Shown here: in pieces, positions 30,495-38,898 of the stretch | How the letters are laid out: each line of letters opens with the position of its first letter | Position numbering within the stretch: position 1 is the first letter of the stretch | Assembly (NCBI GenBank): GCA_017502975.1 | Contig: JAFVTV010000037.1 | Coordinates: 16,576 to 80,575 of the forward strand | Reading direction: 5' to 3' | Length of the DNA: 64,000 nt | Source of the DNA: Clostridia bacterium | GTDB lineage: Bacteria; Bacillota; Clostridia; Oscillospirales; CAG-272 | Translations under genes and position numbers: made by a program | The notes under the pieces: model-generated | Told to the model about the DNA's origin: nothing | The model's input: the letters and a program-made list of their open reading frames with translations, nothing else | The model's database searches: none

Positions 30495-31460
30495 ATGGAT
30501 CTTACTACTTTTTTTAATCTTTTAACTATAATCGGCGTTCTTTTCCTTGTGATGATAGTAGGTTTTTTCTGTCGCAAGCGAGGCATTATCAACGACGTTT
30601 CCTCAAACCGCATGTCAAAGCTTATTATCGAGGTGGGGCAACCCGCACTGATCATTGGGTCACTCGCAGGTAAGCAGTTTAACTGGGAGCTTTTGCGCGA
30701 GGGCCTGCTCTATCTTGCAATCGGCTTTGTGCTTCATCCCTTAATGAGCGGGATCGGACTCCTGTTTGGGCGTGCCTTCCCCGATTTTGATGAGAGAAAG
30801 CTTTCGGTATTTGCGCTTACCTTTACAAACGCCGCCTTTATCGGCTTTCCCATTCTTGCAGCTGTCTTCCCAGAAAACGGCGTTTTCTACGGCTCGTTTT
30901 TCATCATCGGCTTCCACGTATATATGTGGACTTTCGGCATCTGGCTTCTCTCAAGAGGGCGTGATGACATCAAGCTGACTCCCAAAAAAGCTATCATTAA
31001 TTTTGGCACAATTCCCTGCATGATAGGTCTTGGGCTTTATCTTTTGAAGGCGGTTTTGCCAATGCCCGCGCTCTTGCTTGATTGCTGCACTTACCTTGGC
31101 AACCTTTGCATGCCCATTTCGGTGCTGATTACGGGCGCACTCATTGCAACACAGGATCTGCGTGCCATTTTAAAAAGCCCACGCCTATATATTTTTAATG
31201 CGGTTAAGCTGATCGGCTTACCGATTATCGTTTGCCTGATTGCAAAGCTTGTTACACTCGGCTTTTCAAACAGCTACGAGCTTGTCATGTTTTGCACCGT
31301 CATCTCGGCACTGCCAAGCGCCTCTACCGTGGCAATGCTGGCAGAGCTTTACAGCATCAAGCCCGGATACGCCGCGCAAACGGTTGGTACCACGTCACTG
31401 TTTTCCGTTGCTACCCTACCGTTACTGTATTTCATTGGTGATTTTGTAGCAAAGCTGTAA
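30495..31460 (+). CDS. AEC (auxin efflux carrier) family transporter
   Basis: PALII, FTNAAFIGFP, LPSAS; about 10 TM. Confidence 0.88.
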   Translation: MDLTTFFNLLTIIGVLFLVMIVGFFCRKRGIINDVSSNRMSKLIIEVGQPALIIGSLAGKQFNWELLREGLLYLAIGFVLHPLMSGIGLLFGRAFPDFDERKLSVFALTFTNAAFIGFPILAAVFPENGVFYGSFFIIGFHVYMWTFGIWLLSRGRDDIKLTPKKAIINFGTIPCMIGLGLYLLKAVLPMPALLLDCCTYLGNLCMPISVLITGALIATQDLRAILKSPRLYIFNAVKLIGLPIIVCLIAKLVTLGFSNSYELVMFCTVISALPSASTVAMLAELYSIKPGYAAQTVGTTSLFSVATLPLLYFIGDFVAKL

Positions 31461-31467
31461 TAAAAAA

Positions 31468-31506
31468 GCAAAAAGGAACCGCCCATTTAAGCGGTTCCTT
31501 TTTTGC
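31468..31506. terminator. Bidirectional terminator
   Basis: gcaaaaaggaaccgc...gcggttccttttttgc. Confidence 0.8.
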
Positions 31507-31700
31507 GTAGCCAAGGTGCGCGACGTAATCCTCGCAGCACGCGAGCGTGATACAAGGGTTGCAGTGCGCCGCTACGGCGCACCGCTTATAGATAAATGCT
31601 ATTATTCGATAAATCTTAAGGGGAATACAATTTCCGATAGTAGGATCTCATCTCCAAAGGTATCACGCTTGTATTCTCGATTTACTTTCTCAAGCTCGCG

Positions 31701-34700
31701 TTACCCCGCCAGAGTAATCTCCGGCAACAAGATCTCATCGCCAAAAATATCGATGGCGAGATCCTCACCCAAATACGGAGACTCCTCAATCTCAGGCTCT
31801 TCAGGCAGAGTGGTGTCGGAGAAGTAGTTGCCACGCCACAAGAGATACCCCGAACCTGTGTATTTGGTAGCAGATTGGTTGGTGGAGAAATCGTACCCAA
31901 CAAAATAACCTGTTCCATAGGAAATGGCAGAGGTTTTAGCCACGTTGGTAAGTCCTGCCAAAAACGCATTTGCCTCGCTTAACACCTCAGCGGCAGTGTT
32001 TGCCTCACCAAGACCGGCAATGCCGTCCTCGGTAAAGGTCATCGTGGGGTTATACCCTTCGCCGCTTGCCAAGGAAAGCGCGCGGCTTGTTAAAATGTAG
32101 CGCCAACGGGTATTTTTAATCATCTCAAGATTTTCAAGCGTGATTCTATCCGTAGAACTGTTCTTGGTCTTGCTTTGCACAGCGGCGGACGTGTTTTGCC
32201 ACAAAATGATCTGCGGATTGATAAGCTGATAAAGCTCTCCCTCACCACCTGTACCGTGATGTGCATTCATCATAATATCGGATTCAAGGTAAGCTCCGTA
32301 GGTAGCGCGCAAAGCTCTTGCGGTACGTGCATAAATATCACCCAGTGACATTGCGCTGATCTTTGAGGCTGCCACGGTATTTGCACTCACGGTATTACCG
32401 TTTTCCACATCGTGTGCATGTACGGTCAAGCGTATCACCGCGCAAGCGTTATTAAAGGCTTGCATTGACCAAGGATGCATATCCTCAGGGGTAAACATGA
32501 CCTCAAATTCAAGATTGCCCACAAAGAATTTTTGACCGGTATGCACATTATAAAAGGGTACGGGATCGTTTGCACCGTTTGAAGTACCTTTAAACCAATT
32601 TTCCGTTCCAAGTCTATTCTGGATATTCAGATTGATAGAATGTGCATTGTAGGCCTCCTCACTCGACGGGAAATTGCCAATGATAGCATCCACAACAAGA
32701 GTAGAGCCAAAATAACTCTTTTTGGAAACAGCATTGAGCAGACCCACGTGATCAGCGTGTCCGTGCGTGAGATACCATGCGGAAATACGGATAGGAGCTG
32801 CTTCTGTGGGGTTCTTGCCGTATATTCCTTTATAAAGCGCCTTTAATACATTGGCGAAATTTGTAACCTCAGCCGATGTACCGTTGCCGCCGTCAACCAC
32901 AACAAAGGAACCATCCTCAAGTGTATAAACATAGCATCCGGCTGAGCCAAGCTGCACCACGGTAAGCTTGGAATCAGTCACCTTTTGGTAAGACTGCTTG
33001 GTAAGGAAGTTTTGAGGCAGAATATGGTTTATATAAGAAACACTATCGGTTATTCTCGAGGAAATGACGCGCAGCGTCGGTCTGAACATTTCACCGAGTT
33101 TAGTGTCTTCACTCAGTTCCTGATTATATGCATGCTTATAAGCATGATACATAACATGGAGCATGATGCCCTCTCCATTGTTTGCCGTGCGATTCACATA
33201 CGTCACAAAGCAACTACCCTCAACAAAGCGCTCCTCCATATATACGGTATATCCGTTTTGTTGTAGCTTTTTGCAGTAAAAATAGTAATCGGCAAATACT
33301 GCATCAAGATAGTACAACTGGAGTTCACCGTTAGATACATTTACTGCACCCGAGAGCGCAAGATCATCAGGACGAGGATACGCGGTAATAAACTGCCCGA
33401 CATCTTCGGCAACATTACTCGCTCCTGTAGCACCCTCTACGCTATCAAAAGCACCCGTAAATCCGTTGCTGTTGCCTCTTTCAAACTCGTATTCGGCAGG
33501 AATGGCATATACATCTATCGCTGCATCGCCATTGAGATCCAAAGCATAATCGCCAAGATCGGCTAGGAAAAGGCTCTTCGCGAGGCGCAGCGTGGTATCA
33601 TCATACGAGGTAATCACAACGTTACCGTCCTTTATGAAATAGCCGTAATATCCTACGTCCTTTTCGCCCGCAAGCAAAAGCTCACGCGCAAGATCGGTAA
33701 GGCCAACGTGAATCGCGCCCCCATTCATGGCAAAGCTATCCGGAACATAGGCGAAATTAAACCCTGCGTTAAAGCCACCGCCCATAAGTGCCGCGCCAAT
33801 CTCCATTGCCGCATACAAGGGATAATCAAGACCAATATTGTCATTGTTTGCATCATTGTTATACAAATGATTGCCGCTGCTGTTGAAGCCTTGCCCTTCG
33901 TAATGCTCCCCGGTGATGCTATAAAGGCTTAAGAAAATATTGTAAGCGCGCATATCACGTGTGTGGGGGTAAACAATGGGCGTTTCTAAGTTGAGAATCG
34001 TCATTTCCACGTTGGAAGCAACGATCTCTGTAAGATCGAACGCGGCGCCGTTTGCCACTTTGCAGATCTCCTCAAATACGTTAAGCGCGCACATGGCAAG
34101 CGCCTCATTACTGCCTGCGATCACAATATTCTCACCAACCACACCAATGTAATAGCCGCAGCCCTCTACTTCAGCAAGTGCCTGCTTTACAGTGTTACCC
34201 GTACTGCCAACCAAAATGGGCATGCCTGTGCTGCCATACCCATAATTTTCAAGTGCTTGCACGAGAGATGTTGCCTTGTTTTGCAGATTGGTGCCAACCG
34301 TACCGTCAAAGGAAACAGCAGTGGCAGGAATCACACCTGTAGTAGTGGAAAGCGTGTGCGTATAGCTGCTGCATTGACGCAAAAGCTCCTGCTCTTGCGT
34401 GGTATATGCGCTATATGCGCCCGCCTTATAAAGCGATGGATATCCCGACTCGACCGTGCTTGTATATGCCTTTTTGGCAACACTTGCCATAGTATGTGCA
34501 TTTTTCGCCACATCATAAGTGCTATAATAATACGTACCGTCTACAAGCACGTAAGAAACCGCAGCATAAGCGCGCTCACAACTGCTAAGCTGTATCAATC
34601 CCCCGTTAAAGCTAATGCTTCCGCTTTCCGGGTCTTGTACAATACTTTCGCTTGCCGAAATATCCACATAAGGAATTTCAATATTGGCAGAAGCATTCCA

Positions 34701-36521
34701 GCCATTCAAAGCGGCGTGGGTAAAACCACCTGCTGCCGCAACATATTCTGCAGGTGCAATCAGCGTGCCAAAGGTATAGTCTTCACCATAGACGTATCCC
34801 ATTTGAGTCAAGGCATCCACAACTGAGCCCGGAATGGTAGATTTGAAAAGGATGCCCGGCTGGGAATCTACAATTGTGACAAATGCACCGTCAACCATAA
34901 CGGGAGAATACGTGGTGTCGGCATTCTCTTCATAGGCTTGATAACAATAATAGTTCAAACCGTTGTATTGAACCGTTACGGTGTTTTGAACAAACGGAAC
35001 ATCCTCACCAATGGCATCGTTCCTATCTATTACATAGGTTTTGATGTAGCGAGAAAGCAGCACTGCATCAGTAATCACGACCTCGGAATTACCAACACTT
35101 ACATCAACAAGCGGAGAAACACCGACACTCTCATTTATGAATACACCGCCACTAAGTAAAATATCCACGTCACAAAGAAAGTACATTTTAGTGGGATCTT
35201 CATAATTATCAGCATTCAGCTCATCAACATCAACGCCAACCGAAGTGCGCAGCAGCACGCCACCGCTTATTCCAGTGCTTTCCTCAATTTTAAATGTGCC
35301 GCCCGTAATTTCAAAGTAATCTCCCTTGTCCTTTCTCAGCGCAACATCAAACAAAGCATTGCCCTGCGTGGTAAAGGTACCGCCACTCACACAAATATTA
35401 CCTGCACAAGCGTAAAATAGCGCATTGGAAGCATTAGCTGCCCCTGTAAAAATACCGTTGGTAATGGACACGGGAATTGCACATTTGACAGTTAACACGC
35501 GCCCTGCGTTGGCAACGTGAAACGTGCCACCCTCAACTGTTAGACTTGCCCCGCTATCGGCAAACAACGCTACACCCTTATTTTGAATGTCAAAGATACC
35601 GCCTTCAACAGTTAAGGTATCGTCAACTCCATTCAAATAGACCGCAGCACCACCATCAGAGAGGACCGTAAAGCTACCCCCTTCGATTACAATATCAGTA
35701 GCAGTAACCAATTTTTGGTTCACAATATCCGCCGAGCCGATAAAGCTACCGCCTGTAACGGTAAGCGTGCCGGATCGCATATCTATTATCGTGTCTACGT
35801 GACAGGAGAACGTACCGCCCGTGATCTTAACCGAAGCACTACCGCTGTTCCCGTAAACCACAGCAAAGCTCTTGCTGGAATCATCCCTATTATCTAAAAT
35901 AAAATTACCGCCGTTTATTTCAAGATAGGTCGATCCTCGATTTACGTAAAACAAATATTCTTCTGCCGCAGCGGTATTTCTGTTAAAAGTACCGTTGTTG
36001 ATATAAATGTTTGAGCCTGCTAAATAAGAACTGCCTGCTGCTCCGATAGCACCGTAAAAGGTGCCGCCATTGACGTTAAGCGTTGCAAACCCCTGCACAC
36101 CGATGGCAAGCCCACTTCTTGAAGCGCTGCCACTTGAACTGATCATTGTGCCACTCTCAACCGTTAGCTCTGTGTTTTGGTATTTTACCATAACAGCGGT
36201 TGTTTGAAGAGCGGTTATAGAAATATCGCGAAGTGTGACCTCGCCCGCCTCAATAACCAGTCCGCCCGCTGTAAACGTAACAGTGACACCGGAGCTGCCG
36301 CAAAGCGTATAGGCTTTATCCGCATTAAGGATAAGATCCTCAGAAAGTTCTATGCTTGCAGTCACCATAACGGTGTCGCCGTCGACAACACTGCCGATGG
36401 CGTTTTGGAGTTCTGCCTGTGTGCCTACCTCATGCACCGTGGCGGACGCTGCAACAGCAGTTATCACAAGCATCAGAACCACCAAAAACAAAAACAAGAT
36501 CAAGCGTGTTTGTTTTTTCAT
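31701..36521 (-). CDS. Large secreted modular protein, paralog 1: beta-helix-like repeats + MBL-fold (ComEC/Pce-like) hydrolase
   Basis: Signal peptide MKKQ...AVAASA; many I.GG.F repeats; VDGG, WYLTHGHADH, NN, LGD, AHHG MBL motifs; PE-rich linker and FGDEILLPEI tail; ATG 36521 with AAGGAG RBS. Confidence 0.8.
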   Translation of the reverse strand: MKKQTRLILFLFLVVLMLVITAVAASATVHEVGTQAELQNAIGSVVDGDTVMVTASIELSEDLILNADKAYTLCGSSGVTVTFTAGGLVIEAGEVTLRDISITALQTTAVMVKYQNTELTVESGTMISSSGSASRSGLAIGVQGFATLNVNGGTFYGAIGAAGSSYLAGSNIYINNGTFNRNTAAAEEYLFYVNRGSTYLEINGGNFILDNRDDSSKSFAVVYGNSGSASVKITGGTFSCHVDTIIDMRSGTLTVTGGSFIGSADIVNQKLVTATDIVIEGGSFTVLSDGGAAVYLNGVDDTLTVEGGIFDIQNKGVALFADSGASLTVEGGTFHVANAGRVLTVKCAIPVSITNGIFTGAANASNALFYACAGNICVSGGTFTTQGNALFDVALRKDKGDYFEITGGTFKIEESTGISGGVLLRTSVGVDVDELNADNYEDPTKMYFLCDVDILLSGGVFINESVGVSPLVDVSVGNSEVVITDAVLLSRYIKTYVIDRNDAIGEDVPFVQNTVTVQYNGLNYYCYQAYEENADTTYSPVMVDGAFVTIVDSQPGILFKSTIPGSVVDALTQMGYVYGEDYTFGTLIAPAEYVAAAGGFTHAALNGWNASANIEIPYVDISASESIVQDPESGSISFNGGLIQLSSCERAYAAVSYVLVDGTYYYSTYDVAKNAHTMASVAKKAYTSTVESGYPSLYKAGAYSAYTTQEQELLRQCSSYTHTLSTTTGVIPATAVSFDGTVGTNLQNKATSLVQALENYGYGSTGMPILVGSTGNTVKQALAEVEGCGYYIGVVGENIVIAGSNEALAMCALNVFEEICKVANGAAFDLTEIVASNVEMTILNLETPIVYPHTRDMRAYNIFLSLYSITGEHYEGQGFNSSGNHLYNNDANNDNIGLDYPLYAAMEIGAALMGGGFNAGFNFAYVPDSFAMNGGAIHVGLTDLARELLLAGEKDVGYYGYFIKDGNVVITSYDDTTLRLAKSLFLADLGDYALDLNGDAAIDVYAIPAEYEFERGNSNGFTGAFDSVEGATGASNVAEDVGQFITAYPRPDDLALSGAVNVSNGELQLYYLDAVFADYYFYCKKLQQNGYTVYMEERFVEGSCFVTYVNRTANNGEGIMLHVMYHAYKHAYNQELSEDTKLGEMFRPTLRVISSRITDSVSYINHILPQNFLTKQSYQKVTDSKLTVVQLGSAGCYVYTLEDGSFVVVDGGNGTSAEVTNFANVLKALYKGIYGKNPTEAAPIRISAWYLTHGHADHVGLLNAVSKKSYFGSTLVVDAIIGNFPSSEEAYNAHSINLNIQNRLGTENWFKGTSNGANDPVPFYNVHTGQKFFVGNLEFEVMFTPEDMHPWSMQAFNNACAVIRLTVHAHDVENGNTVSANTVAASKISAMSLGDIYARTARALRATYGAYLESDIMMNAHHGTGGEGELYQLINPQIILWQNTSAAVQSKTKNSSTDRITLENLEMIKNTRWRYILTSRALSLASGEGYNPTMTFTEDGIAGLGEANTAAEVLSEANAFLAGLTNVAKTSAISYGTGYFVGYDFSTNQSATKYTGSGYLLWRGNYFSDTTLPEEPEIEESPYLGEDLAIDIFGDEILLPEITLAG

Positions 36522-36580
36522 ACCTCTGTTCTCCTTTTCCATAATTTTAAACTTTAGCACTCTAATGGTGCCATATGGAA

Positions 36581-36640
36581 ATTATACCATTATTTTCCAT
36601 TCGTGTCAATTCGTATGTGAATTTTCTCTGTTTTAACCAA
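36581..36640 (-). promoter_or_regulatory. SigmaA promoter plus conserved upstream box of paralog 1
   Basis: TTGACA(36609-04)-17-TATAAT(36586-81); box TTGGTTAAAACAGAGAAAATT at 36640-36620. Confidence 0.75.
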
Positions 36641-36745
36641 TTTTTACCATTTAATTGGGCTTGTTTTCCGATGCACTTTGATTTTTCTCTTGTTACCCTT
36701 CATCTATTTATATACTGATGTTTTTATCAAGTTGTCATTTTAAAC

Positions 36746-36790
36746 AAAAAAACACCCGCCGATATCTGTCTTAGACAAATATCGGCGGGT
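36746..36790 (-). terminator. Rho-independent terminator
   Basis: acccgccgatat...atatcggcgggt followed by a U7 tract on the minus strand. Confidence 0.8.
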
Positions 36791-36795
36791 TGAAA

Positions 36796-37302
36796 TTATT
36801 TGGCGAGCAATATTTCTCGCATGCAAGTATAAAACACATCGTATGCGGTAAGGTCTTTAGGTTCAAAGTAAAAGGCAGTACCGTCGGCATAAAAGTAGAT
36901 CGCGCTTTCAGTAAAATACAGCGACTCGTACTCCCCTGCCACGGTTCTTATTTGCCACTTGGTATCCCATGCACCCTCAAGCATGGCAATATTATCCTTA
37001 TTGGTAAATCCTGCCTCATCTACGACTGAAAGCTTTTCTCGAAGTAAGCTTACCTCCTCGCCCGTGAGCATGACCTGCACACCGCGATCGGCAATCGTAC
37101 CTTGTGACTCCATAAGGGGATCGGAAAGGAGCATACGCTCATATTCAGCCGTTAAAAAAAGCTCTACACGCTCTTGAAAAATTTTTTTCTCACGCAGCTG
37201 CGGCATAAATATAGTAAAAAATATAATGATCAGGGCAAGCGTGAGTATTATAATACCCACTACTGTAACACCAACATTTTTACTTTTAAGCTTTATTGAC
37301 AT
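36796..37302 (-). CDS. Hypothetical protein with N-terminal membrane anchor
   Basis: 168 aa ORF; GGGGTG RBS; own TTGACT-17-TATACT promoter at 37360-37332. Confidence 0.65.
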   Translation of the reverse strand: MSIKLKSKNVGVTVVGIIILTLALIIIFFTIFMPQLREKKIFQERVELFLTAEYERMLLSDPLMESQGTIADRGVQVMLTGEEVSLLREKLSVVDEAGFTNKDNIAMLEGAWDTKWQIRTVAGEYESLYFTESAIYFYADGTAFYFEPKDLTAYDVFYTCMREILLAK

Positions 37303-37356
37303 ACCGTCACCCCATTTTTAATGCTTCATATAGTATAGCACGGCATGATGGCAAAG

Positions 37357-38760
37357 TCAAGATTGCTTTTTTCGCCTCACAAAAAGCGAGAGGAGCGCCT
37401 TGGGGGAAAATGGGATGAGTGGGTAAAGATAACTGTGTTCGCCGTTTACGGTCTTATTGGATACAATTAAGACAATGATCAAAAAGACACCTATCACAAA
37501 TCCCCATATATTGAAAAACGCCGTAAGCGTAAGCAGCAGAATACGCATAAATTTAAGTGCATAACCGAGTTCAAAGCTTGTCTGAGTGAAGTTGGCGATC
37601 GCAACAAATGCCATATACAAAATTACCTCGGGAATAAGCCACCCTACGTCAACCGCAAAATCCCCCAGAATCAAGCCGCCTACCACCGACAAGGAATTTG
37701 CAAGCATATCGGGAGTATTCATTGAAGCCATGCGCAACCCGTCAATGACAAATTCCGCAAGCAGCAGCTGCAAATAGATCGGTAGCTTTCCCCTGTTTTC
37801 GGGCAATGCAAAGGAGAGCCATTCAGGCACATATTGCGGATTGAGCACACCAAGAAACCAAATGGGCGTCATAAACAGTGTAAGCCAAAACACAGCATGT
37901 CGCACGGCGCGCAGATACGTACCGGTTAAAGGTGGCAAATAAAAGTCGCTGCTTTCCTGTAAAAAATCAAAAATTGCGGTGGGCAGGATCATGGCGGCAG
38001 GCGAATTATCGATCAGCACAATGACACTTCCCTCCAAAAGGTGCGCCGAGGCAACGTCGGGGCGCTCGGTATAACGAATTTTGGGAAAGGGGTTGTACCA
38101 CCGCGATCTGATCAGTGTTTCGGCAAGCGATTCGTGCCCCATGGTCAGCGCGTCTGTCTGAATGGTTGAAATTTTATCCTTGATATATTTTACAAGCTTT
38201 GGATCGGCACGATCCTGCATGTAGCAGATCACAATATCGCTTTTTGACGCTTTGCCCATGCTTGTATAGTGCATAGTGAGTGCTACGTCGCGAATGCGGC
38301 GACGGATCAGCGCCGTGTTAAATACCAGCGTTTCCACAAAGCCGTCGCGCGGACCGCGCATAACACGGTCATTTTCAGGCTCTGCCGTTTCGCGCGCGGG
38401 ATACGTGCGCGCATCAATCACAAGCCCCTCTGAGCCAAACGTGCTGCCAAACAGCACGGTGGCACCCGAAAGGATCATTTGAAACATCAATTCCGCGCTG
38501 CTTGTTACGTCACACTCGACATACGGCATATTACTTTCCAAAAATGCTGTAGCATCACGGGGTAATTCCTTTAAAGATAACAGATAGATGAAAAGTTTTT
38601 GCATAGCACCGTCCTTAATAAGACCGTCTACATAAAACAGGGTTATCTCGTCCTGCCCTATCTTTAGCACCTTTTTGATAATGTCAAAATTTTCTTTAAC
38701 GCGGAGCGTTTTTTCAAATAGCTTTACGTTTTCTTGATAATTTTCTTTTAGCCTTTGCAT
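37357..38760 (-). CDS. GerA-family spore germination protein (SpoVAF-like)
   Basis: RGPRDGFVETL..NTALIRRRIRD, YTERPD, GGLILGDFAV. Confidence 0.88.
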   Translation of the reverse strand: MQRLKENYQENVKLFEKTLRVKENFDIIKKVLKIGQDEITLFYVDGLIKDGAMQKLFIYLLSLKELPRDATAFLESNMPYVECDVTSSAELMFQMILSGATVLFGSTFGSEGLVIDARTYPARETAEPENDRVMRGPRDGFVETLVFNTALIRRRIRDVALTMHYTSMGKASKSDIVICYMQDRADPKLVKYIKDKISTIQTDALTMGHESLAETLIRSRWYNPFPKIRYTERPDVASAHLLEGSVIVLIDNSPAAMILPTAIFDFLQESSDFYLPPLTGTYLRAVRHAVFWLTLFMTPIWFLGVLNPQYVPEWLSFALPENRGKLPIYLQLLLAEFVIDGLRMASMNTPDMLANSLSVVGGLILGDFAVDVGWLIPEVILYMAFVAIANFTQTSFELGYALKFMRILLLTLTAFFNIWGFVIGVFLIIVLIVSNKTVNGEHSYLYPLIPFSPKALLSLFVRRKKQS

Positions 38761-38785
38761 TGTTTCCCCTCCCTCTTGTTCAAGA

Positions 38786-38815
38786 TAGTATGTACAAATT
38801 CAACTCATGTATGTA
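38786..38815 (-). promoter_or_regulatory. Putative forespore sigmaG-type promoter
   Basis: TACATA-17bp-CATACTA upstream of the spoVAF-like gene. Confidence 0.5.
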
Positions 38816-38846
38816 AAAAAGCACCCTTGCGGGTGCTTTTTTACAT
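38811..38846 (-). terminator. Terminator of paralog 2
   Basis: atgtaaaaaagcaccc-ttgc-gggtgcttttttacat. Confidence 0.85.
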
Positions 38847-38898
38847 TGGTTAAATTTTTAGATGATGTGGAATTTCTCTATTGTAAGATTCCACGAGA

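Noticed and set aside
32748-32771. Antibiotic-resistance metallo-beta-lactamase
   Set aside because: HxHxDH is fold-wide; the downstream NN/GD/HHG pattern and large modular context fit ComEC/Pce-like hydrolases.
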